In this document: in pieces, positions 24,621 through 37,839 of the stretch
Layout of the letters: each line of letters starts with the position of its first letter
How positions within the stretch are numbered: the stretch's first letter is position 1
From: Dicyema japonicum
Lineage: Eukaryota; Animalia; Dicyemida
Length of the DNA stretch: 64,000 nt
Assembly: GCA_011109175.1 (NCBI GenBank)
Contig: RDEW01000006.1
Coordinates: 129,612-193,611, forward strand
Direction of reading: 5' to 3'
Program-made: the position numbers and the translations under genes
The notes under the pieces: model-generated
The model's database searches: none
The model's input: the letters and a program-made list of their open reading frames with translations, nothing else
What the model was told of the DNA's origin: nothing

Positions 24621-25619
24621 GAACTTGTACAGCAAACTATGGTAAATCTTACTTTTAGTACTATTATTGATTAACTGTACATGATTCATGCTGTAATAAT
24701 GATGTCTTGTCCCTTAATAACAATAATACCACCAGAGACAACGGTTACACAAACTAACTAATCACGTGGTCCCAGCACGCACTAGCAGGGACCTCATCTT
24801 GGTCAGATGCTCTTCCCTCGACCCACACAAGCACGTATCGGTCGAGAGACTGGACCTTCGCAGTCACGACGGCGCGTTCTATGGTTCATTCAAGGCTTCA
24901 AGTGTCAATGGTGGCTGGGACTCTGTATATGTTTTAATGTATAAAAGAACAGAATAACTTAAATTTTTATTATTTTGAGCAATTTCCCATAAACTCAGCC
25001 TGAATTATATTTTGTAAAAGATATTTAGATATGGCGACCACCGTCAAGTACATCGTTGCCCACGTTTTGCCCTTCAATGCTGCTAGAATTGCTGCCTAAA
25101 ACAAATAACTCTTGTGTAGGATGACACCGTGAAGAAGGTCCCGTGCAAAAGAAAAAATACGGAAAGAATGCCTTAAGAATTCAACGCAATTATTTAGACA
25201 ATCGTAAACACGTTAACCTAATCTCTGAAATCAGGGTCTTTGGGTAATCTAGTGGAAAATGCTCCATATTGTTTCCCTGTGTTAAAAAAGACAAGACGGA
25301 GTTCACAGGAGTAATAAGAATAGATAACATCATCGGGGAGAAGCGGAGACATAATAAAAACGGATCTTCCTTAGGAGTTAGTGAAGAAATCATACGAAGA
25401 AGACCGTTAGCTAAAGAAGTAATAAAAAGATAATTGAAACCCAAAATCCACAGTGTTAAGACCATACTTCATGTAACTCGGGAACTTGAGCGAACATATG
25501 TGATGAAAGAGATAGGTTAGACTCCTTCCACAGAAGTCACTTACTGGGACCGATTGGCTTCCAGATTCTCGGATGTGTAATCTACAAAAAGTGTTCCGTA
25601 ATTCTAAACGGCCTTTTCT

Positions 25620-26200
25620 GGTTAAACGAGAAGTATACGTGGACGTCGAAAAACCACCCCCAAGATCTTTTGAGATCTATTGAAGGGGATAATGACGTTG
25701 TTTGCCTTTAATTCGACTATCTGTCCCCCAGTCTCTTGTCCGATATAAAAAAGTAGTGACGGACTTTTTAGAACTGGCCGTTAGGTGGTTCTCCAATTAC
25801 CAACCGTTGAGACAGTCAAATTTTTGTTGCCCTCTTAATATCTCGATCGCGTGAGGATGGGATTTAACGTTAGCATAAGTGAGGAAGATATCCTTTCCGG
25901 CTTCCAATGTAGGGATCCGGTCAAAAATAGGTCGATTAACAAAGAAGATAAGGGCTTCCGGCGGGAACACCATCAAGAAAAAACCAAGAAATAGACTTTG
26001 TCCGATGGAAACACGTTAGCCTGCCAGGATTTGTGCTCACCAGAGATTCCTATTCGACATTTATCCAAATGAGAATCTGTCTTGATACTGGTAGAGAGCC
26101 TATGTACATCGATGGAGCACATCACATCTTCAGATGTACAGTTCTGTGGGAAAACCCATTTTTCGATGACAGGTGTATGTTGATCTCTCATATTTGAATC
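25620..26200 (-). mobile_element. Ingi/Vingi-like RT fragment
   Basis: DGVPAGSPLS, IFLTYAN, SSKKSVTTFFISDKRLG, SQKILGVVF. Confidence 0.65.
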
Positions 26201-26204
26201 CATA

Positions 26205-26487
26205 TCGAAATGTGATGGCCCATAGTTCGAATATCCCTGCTGTATATTTCAGCTTAAGTTTCTACGCATTTATGGTGATATGAGGAGTGACGCCATCATC
26301 AGTGAGCATTTCATAGAGGAACCGGATCGTCTACAAAAAGACTCACGCAAATAAAGAAGTAAAGAGCATTCATTGGTTCTCCCTCATCGGTTAGTTATGA
26401 TAACTGTTCTCTGTCTAAATAAAGTGTGTGTCCTGCCTGGGAGGAGCTATATCTAATATGGCTCTTCATAAAGTGCAGTATTATTAT
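26205..26487 (+). mobile_element. SINE copy (c)
   Basis: B-box remnant agttcgaat, core gagtgacgccatcatcagtg, ggaaccggatcgtcta, aataaagtgtgtgtcctgcct, stem-loop at 26444-26464. Confidence 0.8.
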
Positions 26488-26489
26488 AT

Positions 26490-27480
26490 CAAAATGTCAT
26501 CTGGGGAGAACATCTTTGGTTTTCGAAAGTATCAGCTTCTCCAGGGTTATGGATGTCGAACAGATAGTGAGGGCGATTTATATGAAGCCGGATCCTTTTA
26601 GAAGATTTCCTTTGACGTATTTCTTACTTTTATCTTTTCGAGAACATTTATTCCTCGACCTCGATTTTAAAGTACAGAGGTTGATTATAGGAATTCGACC
26701 TCCTTATCTTCCTACGAGTAACATCTTCAAAGTCTCTTAGAAGCGAGCCAACCTTTTTTTGCTTTCTCCATGACTCGTCCGATCTCCAACCAAAAATATG
26801 TGTGGGAATACACTGAGCATGTGCTGAAGTGTTTGAGTACCCTCAGAGACAACATCCAGATCGTCGTATAAATTATCTCGTCATAGTTGTTTCCAATCAG
26901 GGCCCTGAACTATCTTAGTGCAGCTTCAAGGTAGACAATAAAGAGGACCGGGGATAACGAGTCCCCCTGTGGAACTCCACGTGAAGTTGGAAAAAAGTTG
27001 GAGGTAAATCTGCCAATTTTGACAGAAAGGTGAGTGTTCTGCATGAGAAGGCGTATTATTTTAACGTCGTCAGGGTGAAGAAAACTCTTCAGAACTTCCA
27101 TGAGTTTTCCCCGGTGTACCGAATCTAATGGACGGGACATATCAATGCCAAGTATCTCAATAAATTTTTTATACTTTTGGAAGAAAACTAAATACCATCT
27201 GTGCCTCCACACTAAATCGGCTGTAGACCTGCCTGTCAGAAATCCCCTTTAGTCGAGAGATAGGAATTTCTTCACTTTGTTTTTTATCATATGTAATGTC
27301 ATGAAAGAGAATGTTTTGCGTACGAAAGTTAGTAGAATTATAAGTCTAAGGTTGCAGAGAAGACCTTTAGCTTTCCCGGGTTTTTGTAGAGGTATTAGCC
27401 GCCCTTTCCCAGTTCCAACGCATTGTCTTCCTGGAGAGACCGATTGAATACATTGTTGATCATTTTGGCTAGCTCCTCTG
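26490..27480 (-). mobile_element. RTE-clade LINE RT fragment
   Basis: LIPLQKPGK..NLRLIILL, GIDMSRPLDSV, RGVPQGDSLSPVLFIVYLEAALR. Confidence 0.85.
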
Positions 27481-27634
27481 GGGCATTTAAAAATAATTTT
27501 ATTATTTTTTAACACCAAGACCACGGTAAAATCAAAACTAACTATCACGTGATCCCGATGCGCTCCGCCACAAATAAATAAATTAATAAAAATGAAAAAA
27601 AGTTAAATAAAAATAAAGTTATAATTATTAGTCA

Positions 27635-28965
27635 TTAGATTCGTTTTCTTTTCAATTCAAAGTTCACTATAACAGCCGGACTGGCCATACGGGGTTCTTT
27701 AGGAATGACATTAACAAGTTTTTGCTCTTTGAGATAAGAATCCTCCTCCACAAATACTATGTACCTTCCTGGGGCTAATAGTCGGAAATACTCCCCCATT
27801 TCGTCTAGTAGCTAAGAGATATCAATACTCGTATAGATATCGTGGTCAATATAAACTCCTGTCCTATATTTTCTGACCTTCACAGCCACGTGCCTCAAAA
27901 GTTTACCGTAGATGTTGGAAACGATCCCTTTGACCCCCAAATGAGTCTTCAATACACGAAAATTACTACTGCCATATAAGATTCAACAACGGTTGTCTGT
28001 TCCTCTCCCAATATGACTCCAGATGCCTGGGGGATGGCTTCTTATCACAGGAAATCTCAATCGTCAACTCAAAGCCGTTGGTAGACGAGTATACAAAGTC
28101 CGGCAACCCCCCAGACATATGGTACCACTCAGCTCCGTTGACCGTTCCATTCGCAAACTCCCTCTCCCCTTCACAACGGGGATACTTGTCTGTAGCATTC
28201 ACGTGGTAAGCAAACTGGCTTGCCAGATAGCTAATAATGAGGGAAACTCATACTCAAATGTATCAGAATCAGGAGTTGGGGTGTTCACGTCTCTTCTGTC
28301 CTCATTTCTGTCATATGGGGTGACCACCACCACTGCTCCCCCATGCAAAGTGGCACTCAGAACAAAAGGGGATGATTCGTTCGTTATGTAGTTGATAATG
28401 TTAGTTACTTCTCTGCTTTTCTACAAATTACCATTCTAGGGACCTTCCCCTGATTCAAGGTGACACGTGACCTTGGATCTATAACAGGAAAGTCTCTGTT
28501 CATGTCCACTCCAACAGCTGTGTAGCGGGAGCTAATCTAAAGACTGAAATCACAAATTACTTCAAATCCATCAGGATTAATATCCGGGAATATGTGAATT
28601 CTTGTAATATTGACCAGATCCCTAATATCCTGCTTCCCCTTGAGGTACTCCTCACACAAATGTGAAACTAAGAAAAGCAAAAGTTCTCTTCCAACGGGCT
28701 CGTCTCCATGTATATTCCCAAAGTAACGGAAATTGGGATACCTTAGATTAACAAATAGTTCACCAATTTTATGGGTGGACGGATTTCTCCCAAAGATGAT
28801 CCCATAGTTGGTCTTCAGCGACCCAGAGTAGCTGTCTTGTCTGACCACGTGGGTTATTTTGGGACATTTCCTGTTGGCTTCCTTCAACAGGTGTTCTAGT
28901 TCAGCATAACTATGGTAGTTGTTTAAGCATCTGGAGAAATAAATCAATATTAGTATTATTAGCAT
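27635..28965 (-). CDS. Zinc carboxypeptidase M14 N/E subfamily (CPE/CPD/CPM-like), single catalytic domain plus transthyretin-like domain, with signal peptide
   Basis: GNIHGDEPVGRELL (Zn His/Glu), RIHIFPDINPDGFE, SATLHGG (Zn His), NGAEWY..GGLPDF, FELTIEISCDK (catalytic Glu). Tiny introns such as 28742-28763. Confidence 0.9.
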
Positions 28966-30339
28966 TATGAATTTTATTTATTTATTTTAATCTTTTCAAT
29001 GTATTGTTTTTAATTATTTATTATTAATTTTAAATATGTAATTTTTAATAATTTTAATAAGCGGGAAATTTTGTAAATTTTATTATCATATCAAGAATTT
29101 CTGTTTGTTCGTCTGTTCCTCCCCACTCTTCCTATTAGAGTGGCGTCATGTGATCTACCTGTCTAGGTGGCGCCCAGTGCCAGGCCTGCACGAAAAAGGA
29201 CCATTTGCTCTCCCCAATTTACTGGAGGGGTTTCCACAACTGCAAGTATGGACGTCTTTTACCCTTTATGTTGATTCTGGATGGACTCTGTTTTTGTGGA
29301 AACTGGATACACTTAATTAGTAGTTTACTTTAACTTCTTTCTGGTGTATCCGGGGTTAATAAATAAATAATAATAAGAATGAGGCAGTGCTATAAAAATT
29401 GGCAAAATCATCAGAATCCCAATGGTCCCAGAGTACTCAGTCTAACTGCATATCATTGATATGGACAAGATAATAAAATAACATCATTGTAAGCAAAAAA
29501 ACTTAGAATCTCCATTTTTGTATAGAGGTGAGGTAAAAAGTATAATTAATATCCACAATATTAGATCCAGTGGTTATACCTATTAATATAGCTCTTAACC
29601 GTTTAGATCTTCTAATTTTGTTTATTCAACATTGTCTACAGTGTGATCTTATATTTGACAGGTCGACCATAATTTCCTGAATCATGTCTGAATTTAATCG
29701 CATCAACCACATCCCTCCATTATAGAAACCCCTTCACTGAAGTAGGAAAGAAAGATCCTTTGTGTTCTGGCATAGCACTGAGCGTCTCTTCGACAGTGGA
29801 CTACATGACGTCTCTTAAGATTCGAAGAAGGCACATGAATATAGTAGGTAGCGATGCAGGAATCGAACTACGGCTAATCGCAACTCAACTCGCTGGAATT
29901 AAAAAAAAATTTAGTTATCAGAGAACCCTAAATCACCACAAAAATGTTAAAACAGCAAATTAATGATCTCAGCTTCCAATAATTTCGGGTTCTTCATGCG
30001 TGTCTTCAAATATCCAAATTGTAAAACGACAAAGGCTAGGCATCAACTCTCCGAGTGACGAGTTGATGCTAGTTCGCCACAATCTAACTGGCCATCAACT
30101 CATCGCAAATTAATTTGATTAAATATGGAAATGTCACGTATTCTGCATATTAATGGCTTGCTTAATATCATTTTAATTGTGGCGAGTTGATGCCCTTTTG
30201 ACAGTGACCAGTTGCCTTTACTCGTGGCTGTCAAAATAGCCTCAACTCGCCACAATTAACTTTTATGATAAAAATAAATTTTTTAAATAAAATCAAAATA
30301 TCGTTAATGATTAAAATGAATTTTTAATAACGAACGAAT

Positions 30340-31460
30340 CATCCCCTTTTGTTCTGAGTGCCACTTTGCATGGGGGAGCAGTGTGGTGGTCACCCCATTA
30401 ATGGAATACTCTGATTGCCTCAAAAGATGTACTGAATTCGTACTTAACGTTTCTCTTGATACCCCTGGATGGATACAGACTCAATTACCGATATCATTGG
30501 GTGGAATCGGTCTTACTACTCCCTGCCAAATTGCTGGCCCGGCGTATTTTGCCTCAAAACTTTCATGCAAAAACCAAGTGGACTCAGTTCTTTCAAAGCT
30601 TCCATCTCGGAAACTGTCCAATGACTTGGTTGAATACATGGACGTGTGGCGAGTGAAGGGCTTGGCGAGCCGCGTAATCCAGACCAACAATCGTCTTGGA
30701 TGATCCATAGATGGAATGCTCTGGCATCCAACCTAGTCAGCCGGCTCTATGGACATCGCCTGTTTCCAAAATTCGAGGGAGGCGGTTGATGGATCTTGGC
30801 TTGGGGTTTACCCATGTCAAGAAGTTGGTGGATTGTTGGATGATGACTCACTTCGTACAGCTGTATGTCTACACCTCGGATTGCCTGTTTGCACCAAATC
30901 GAAGTGCAAATGTGGCTGTCTATCGGACGAACTGGGTCTCCACCTCCTCTCATGCCGGAGCGGAATTGGCAGATCTTCTCGACATTCGGCAATGAACGGC
31001 ATCATTAAGGGCATTAGAATCGGCTGGATTCCGTTGCCGGATCGAACCGACTGGTCTTTTTGACAACGGAAGACGCCCTGACGGCATGACCTCCTTTCCT
31101 TTTGAGCGAGGGAAACCTTGTATGGGATGTGACCTGACTGTGTCTGCTCTTTCGCCCCAAGCAAAAAAAAATAATTCACCGGGCAGACCTTTCTCAAGCA
31201 GAGGAAATAAAAATGCTAAATATTCGGATATCAGCGACAGGTACATTTTCGCACCTGTCGCGATTGAAACTTCGGGGAACTTTGGCCCTAAAACGCTGAA
31301 GTTCCTGAACCATTTGGGAAAACTACTAACTGACAAAACTGGTGATCTTCGTGAGACGAGATGGCTCAAGGAGAGGCTCTCGTTGGCTGTTGTCCGTGGG
31401 AATAGCTTGTGCATCTCCCAACAGCTGAATTAAAATTAACTATTCTTTTTCCTTTTCCTT
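30340..31460 (+). mobile_element. CRE-clade non-LTR retrotransposon (5'-truncated) with CCHC finger and restriction-like endonuclease
   Basis: QLPISLGGIG, CKCG..HLLSC..RHSAMN, RRPDGMT..P, PVAIETSG..LSLAVVRGNS. Confidence 0.85.
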
Positions 31461-31720
31461 ATAATAATAATGTTATTAAAAGTTAGCGAGGTGGAGAGAT
31501 TTTAGTTCACGAAAACTTTCTCTATAATAAAGACAAAATTGTTGGAGAAAATACCAAACGTATCTTGAAATGTCCAGCATTTCTTTTAATATCATCAACT
31601 GGGATCATAGTGAATCAGGAAAAAAATCACAATCATTTACCCGATACAGAAGATATAACAAGATTGAAATTAATGAAGGCATTAATGAAAGAGCACAAGG
31701 ATCAAGAGATGACTCTAGAG

Positions 31721-32655
31721 CAGAGCTTTTCAAAAAATAATTCTCGCGGCACACTAATCGTAAAAAAAATAATCCACGGCACACATTAAAAAATAAAAAA
31801 TTAAATTTTTAAGATGTGTAAAACTAAGTACAAAAATGGTAATTTAATGCCCAAATTTTTATTAGTAAAAAAAATGAATTCTTAATTATTATTGTTTTTG
31901 CATATATCATCAATATCAGGTCGAATGGTTGACAAAGCACTCTCATTTCAGCACAAGGACGAGAAACAGTATTATCTGACAAAGGTATCTTCATTATTTT
32001 TTGTTCATATTTATGACCAAACTAGTCCGAGCATAATACGACAAGCAGGGATTATCAAGTTTTCGCCAATAATGTGAGGTTTTAGTTGTTTTGCTATCAC
32101 TTCTGAGATCAGTTATGAACATTTCAATGATTCCTTTGTGTTTAAAAAAGTTTCACTGAACATCAGATCTACGATTCATAGTAAAAACTAAATAATACTT
32201 AAGTTGTTTTTTTCAAATGGATAAAATAATCCACAGATTTTTCGGAATAGTCGGATGCTTGGAAGTAAAATGTCTCTTAGTTTGCTAGGAACCATAGCAT
32301 CACTTGCCAAAACTTCCATGCAAATTAGACATTGAGGTAGTTTATTTTTATCTTTGCATAAAAATCCAAATGACAAATAAGAATCTTTATAAGAACGACG
32401 AACTGATTTACCCATAAGCACGTTGATGCGCACGTTATTAAAAATTAATAAATAATGGTTAACCAATGTAAATGTCATTTAATGTATAATAAAAAATAAT
32501 TATTTTAATTTAGTAATTATTTAATTCGTTCTTTTTAAATTAATTAGGTCAAAAATGTATACAAATTTATTCAAATTTGTATTTGGCAGGCGGCACACTA
32601 GAAATTGTCTTGCGGCACACTTAGTGTGCCGCGGCACACCGTTTGACAACCTCTC
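31721..32655 (-). mobile_element. Internally deleted hAT-Buster element retaining the BED-finger N-terminus
   Basis: Ends cagagcttttcaaa and tttgacaacctct with cgcggcacac subterminal repeats. RSYKDSYLSFGF..PQCLICMEVLASDAMVPSKL and IAKQLKPHIIGENLIIPAC. Left flank ctcTAgag fits a Buster TSD; the right TSD is degraded. Confidence 0.85.
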
Positions 32656-34055
32656 GACTACATTCAATTATCATCAATCCATTGTTTCACATTTGGCAAA
32701 TCTATTCCAAGTTGTTTTGTTTTACTTAAAAGCAAAAAAGAATCAGCTTATGCAAAATGTTTTATTTTATTAGGAATCACTCAAAAACCAACCCTAAAAA
32801 TATAATTGTGGATTTTGAAATGGGACTTATTAATGCCGTGGAAAAGGTATTTGATTCGGTTTTCATAAACGGCTGTACATTTCATTTTGGACAAGCAGTT
32901 TGGAAAAAAGTCCAGAACTTGGATTTTCTTCAAGATATAAAAATGATCTCAAATTCAGAAGTGCAATAAGAAATTTTCTAGATTTATGCTTTTTGCCGCC
33001 ATCAAGAATAAAAAGTTCTTTTATTGAAAACAAAACGGAAATAATATTAAATAATGAATTGAAATTAGAAACTTTCATTGAGTGTTTTCAAAGTACATTT
33101 ATTGGAAAAGAAGTTCATTTTAAGGAAGTAAAGCCTTTATTTCGGATAACGTTTGGTCTTGTCTGATCGAGTTATAAATTATGTTCCGAAAAGCACAAAT
33201 GTTGTCGAAGCATGGCATAGATCGCTGAATGCCCAATTTAGGACTGCAAATCCAAATATTGCCAAATTTATTGAGATACTACGTATTGAAGAAGAAAAAA
33301 TCAGATTTGATCTTATTCAGATTAAGAAGGGCAATTATTTAACAATAATCGATGCTGATCACAAAAAAGCAAAACTAAGATATTTAGCAAAAGATGCAAG
33401 AATGCTTGCAAATGATAGTTACTTAAAAAATATTGATAAAATTTATTGTTGGAAATTAGAAAAAATTTGTTATAAATTTTAATCAATTAATTTGTGACGA
33501 GTTGATGCCAGTCTGATTGTGGCGAGTTAGCGAATGACCAGTTGATGCTTAGCGAATTAAGTGATCTCAGCTTCCAATAATTTCAAGATTCTTCATGCGC
33601 CTCATTGTAAAACGATAAGGCCTCCACAAAAGCCTACAAAAGAACTCGATCGACATGTCTCTCTTTAAGACCGATTGGTGTTCCACTGCGTGAGCGATTA
33701 GACATGGTCGAAAATTGTATTGGAAATAGTGTGGGGAAAACATGTAGTTTTCCGAAGCAAAATTGTTGAGTTTAAATGTGGATATCCAAAATCTCCACGG
33801 AGGACAGAAGTACTCGATTGCTGGGGCGATGACCAGGTTATACAGTATGGATATGTAGTCAATAGGAGGGAGTTATTCCTTATAATTTCCTTCAGCATAT
33901 TCCACTTCCGGAATCCCTTGGACACAAAAATTGTATCAGAAAGAATTTCATCAATAAACTAATTTAATATTGATTTAAATATCTAAATAACTAAATTATT
34001 GAATGAAATAATTTAAATAAATAATATCTTTCTCCGTCGTGATGTGGGACAACTA

Positions 34056-34563
34056 ATGTTTTCGAAATTTCTATCACAGTACATCAACTATAAAGTATAT
34101 TAGATCAAATCGGACCATCTCTTCAATGAGTCACTACGAAACTCTACAGATCTCCCAGAATGCGACCAAATCCCAGATAAAATCATCCTACATCAGATTA
34201 TCAAAAATGGTAACAATTCAAATAACCCCAGTACCACCCAGATGTCAATAAAACCACGTGCGATAAATTTATCAGAATAAAGGAGGCCTACGACGTTTTA
34301 ATTGACGACCGGCAAAGATTCATCTACGACAGAAGCCACAATCATAATCATTTCCAATACAATTTTCGAGACTGGCCTTATGTGAATAACACCTCACGTC
34401 CGAAGCATCCCCCAAAACAGCAGTTTCCATCACATGTCCTCTTTTTGATAGTATTCGCAACTGTCACTCAAGTTATGTTTGCCAATCTGCATAATAGGTA
34501 CTCCTTTGAGGCACTTGTAGAAGGAAGAGAATACTCTATGGTCGACATTTTGATAGTATTTAG
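34056..34563 (+). CDS. Small DnaJ-domain protein with a C-terminal TM segment (DNAJC4/DNAJC30-like, possibly mitochondrial)
   Basis: Spliced [53 protein letters not shown] (HPD motif), then VLFLIVFATVTQVMF. Introns of 25, 22 and 23 nt. Confidence 0.88.
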
Positions 34564-35379
34564 ATTTTATTTAAATTTATTTATTCAAATTTATAATTTA
34601 AAAAAATTAAAATATTATATTTTTAGTGCAAAATATAGTGACTCAACATCATAAATTCTTGGAGTTGTCTCTGACCCGTCTCCGTTTCGACAAACATATC
34701 GAATATCCTAACGTGCAGTGCGCTCAAATGGCGAATATGTAAGTATCCAGTACAAGGAATTCAACGGCCTTCCATGTATGTAATATTCTCATAAACCACT
34801 TGGTCTTACCAACTCAACCCTTCAATTGCTCAAATCCACAAACAACATCTGTAGGATCTTAGTGATTTTTAAAGAACATCCCCCGACATCTCCCCTTCCC
34901 CAAAAAACAGAACCTGGAGTGGAGAATTCAGGATTTTGTAATCACTTGTGCCATACGGGCTATTGCGGCACACCTCCATATATCGGCACTTCGGTATCGT
35001 TGCCCTAAGAGACCGTTAGAGCGAGATTCACCCGTCTACAATGTGGACATAACTCTGGGTAAAGATTGAGATATATACTTCTACTTGACTAAACGTGAAA
35101 GTGAAGATCTGACTTACTGAGTTTTTTCCGTTGAGAACTAAGGTTGATAATTTAAATTTAATAGCTGGGGGAACTGATTGAGGGTTATGATCGCAAGGTC
35201 AATATTTGAAAGAGTCAATGCATCGTTTGGGCTTCATCTTCCGTGTTACCGCAAATCGGTCAATAGTTTCGGCTAAAGTCAGCGACTTCAAATGAGAAAG
35301 AGGAATATGATTTTGCCTCTGTTGACTCACATTAAATAATAAAATTTAATTAATTCATAAAATATTTAAAATTTAATTC

Positions 35380-35586
35380 ATGGTGGTGCATATAATTTTC
35401 AAACAAATTACTAAAACGTGCAGAAGGGAATACAACAGGAAGCCTCTTAGACTAACTTACACCCATTTTTTGCATGGTTATCCATTCAAAGTCCCAAAAA
35501 CGGTCTTATTTGGTTATTCTGCGATCTTTGGATTGATCGGTCTAATGTACCTTGTATTGGGTCCTGAAGACGGTCCTGTGATATGA
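35380..35586 (+). CDS. Small single-TM protein, weakly COX7C-like
   Basis: Basic N-terminus, THFLHGYPFKVPKTVL, then a hydrophobic stretch; possible 21-nt in-frame intron. The resemblance is by eye only. Confidence 0.35.
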   Translation: MVVHIIFKQITKTCRREYNRKPLRLTYTHFLHGYPFKVPKTVLFGYSAIFGLIGLMYLVLGPEDGPVI

Positions 35587-36729
35587 CTTTCTTCAATTTA
35601 ATAAAATTTCCTTATATTCAATATTTTTAAGTTTATAATTAACCACGTGTCATGGAACTTGCGACTTTTTCAGCCCCAGCTGCGTATCTTCTTCAAATAG
35701 ATCTTCAGCCTTAGAAGCTGTTTTTCCGGAATCCAGTCTCCTCGAGTTCTTTCCCTGCTATTAAATGAGGGTTTACTTTGCCACTTAATAATGAGGATCG
35801 TTGGTTTGTGCCGGTCTCTTCTCGTGTGTGGATCAAATGAAGAGCCAATGGTTCGAATATGCAAAGGTCAAATCACACTAAAGGATTTTGGAACTCCAAC
35901 TCAAATCTTAAGGAAGATCACGATTTACACTCACCCTTCTCAATAACCAGTCTGAGTACTCATATAGGTAACTTCTGAGTACCTTCATTTTTGCCTCCTC
36001 CTGAGTCATCATCGTATCATCATGTATATCTGCGAAGGCTGTTGGTCATTTAGCTTCTCGAGAAATCAACAAGGGGGATCATCTGGATTTTTTCAGAAAA
36101 TGTTGGAGGAAGTTTAGAGAGATTAAAGGGGCAGCCTCATTGCAATGAGGATCGCTGATTTTCAAGCGAAAACTCATGACAGTACTTTTCGCAGTCCCCG
36201 ATTCAACCTTTCTGCAAGTTTAGTAATCCAAGTATCTTGATATCTTAACTTCAAGTATCCATCAATAGAGGTGATCCGGAATAACTATAGATCACTTAAA
36301 GTCTTCTCCGAAGGAATTCCAAAGGACATCGTTGGGAAGAGGAAAATTCGATGTCCGATTCATCACAAAGCACGTGGTATGAATTATTTATTAGATGATC
36401 AATCGAAACCAGGAAACACAAGAAGAAGCTAATAGTAACCGAATTAATTAGGCGATCCCGTTCCCCATCGTTCCTGCCATTTCGTCCTATGCTCATCGAG
36501 GGACCCTACCACTTCTCAGAAGTGTTTCTGATTGTATCTACATAGGAATTCGATGGTGGACGAATGCATAAAGAAAGAACGTTCATTTCAGATCGCAATA
36601 CAAATGAACATAATAGATTTCCTGGGTCTTGACGGAGATGGAGGGATCCACATTGACGACTCCGACAGGGGACTCTCAAAGCTATGGTCTGTTCGACTAT
36701 GTAAAAGGTTTAGAGCAGGGTTTCCCAAA

Positions 36730-37760
36730 GTGGACGATTAGTTAGTTAAGTAACCCCAGCCTCACTAACTTGTAGGAGGCCAGTAGCTATTAAGTAGTAC
36801 GCAGCAGATGTTGGTCGCTCCCATAGATCGGTCAATTCCGGCATTGTGGAGAAATGTTATGGCAATTCATGACATTGAAATAGGTGATTTGTTGTCAGCA
36901 CGTGGAGGTTGAAAAAGGGGCAGAGTACATCACAAGCTGGTAGATATGGGTGTTGCCCACATCGTAGACGAGCCAGGTTTACTCGCATGTCCCTTGAAAG
37001 AGAGGATTCTGATTGGTCTATTGGAAGAGGGGGTCGCTGTAATATTTTATTGTCTCCGAGTCTTCGGATGTTTCTTATAGAAACAAAATCGTGTATCTGT
37101 TTCAGTCGACTCCTGTCATTGGGGATGGAAGGAGTGGATGATAACATCGAGACAGATCACTAGTTGTCATAATAATTTTCCTTTTGTTTTGCGGCTTGCA
37201 TAGGGAGTGGCAGGGATGTTCTAGACTGTAGGCTTGGGAGAAGAACTGCAGGCTCTCATTTCCAGATGATCTCCAATTGGAAGGATCTTTGACTCCCAAT
37301 GTAGATGATCGACAGGAGTTGATCTGAGACATCCAGTAATTTTCCTGAGCGCGATGTTTTGTACTTTTTGTAGTTTGTCAATAGAAGTAAGAGAGGCAGA
37401 GGTTGACCAGCAAGGGCTTGCATAGTTAATAGTTGTTCGAATGAATTGTTTATGATGGTTTGGGCCTCTTTGTTTTGGCCGAAGGAATGACCTGACACAG
37501 CTTTAAGTATGTTGATCTTGTGAAAGGCCATTGTACATTGTTCCACCACATGTTTAGAGAAAGTTAGTAGTTGGTCATAAATAACTCCAAGTATTTTGGG
37601 ATGTTTCGTAACGGTGAGTGGTTGTCCATGAATTGTTAATATTGGTTGAAAATTTAGTTGGCGGCGGTTGGACGTGAATACAGTGACGGTGGATTTCGAT
37701 GGAGAGGGGAATAGGTGTGATCCAAGCCACTCTTCAAGAGTGTTCAAGTGGATCTGACAC
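36730..37760 (-). mobile_element. Vingi-like LINE 3' half
   Basis: SKSTVTVFT..HPKILGVIYDQLLTF; RPPLPIDQSESSLSRDMRVNLARLRCG..CP..TNHLFQC (C-terminal zinc finger). Confidence 0.85.
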
Positions 37761-37839
37761 TAATAAAAAAAGAGACACTAAATAAAAAAATTCGTCAATA
37801 TCCGTTAACTAGAATCCGTTAAATATGAGGTGACAGAGG

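Larger units (their letters stand above)
30035..33553 (+). mobile_element. MULE/Mutator DNA transposon (FLYWCH-like plus MULE transposase) containing nested CRE and hAT insertions
   Basis: Imperfect TIRs of about 85 bp (gctaggcatcaact...aaattaatttgatt and aatcaattaattt...gttgatgcttagc). KCPA..NHNH at 31565; IVDFEMGLINAVEKVF..GCTFHFGQAVWKK and TNVVEAWHRSLN at 32757-33482. No 9-bp TSD seen. Confidence 0.85.

Noticed and set aside
6311-28745. Frameshifts in CPVL (about 6314 and 7055), the lectin gene, SERBP1 (about 21160) and the M14 peptidase (about 28738) read as pseudogenisation, programmed frameshifting or insertional RNA editing
   Set aside because: Those I could localise are single missing bases in homopolymer runs (C, A, G/T) in otherwise well-conserved genes, typical of long-read consensus error. 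Short-read polishing or cDNA comparison would settle it.
33640-33962. Gene divergent from DnaJ
   Set aside because: The minus strand contains ILYNLVIAPAIEYFCPPW, matching the LINE post-RT motif seen at about 17280 and 40570; more likely a LINE remnant.
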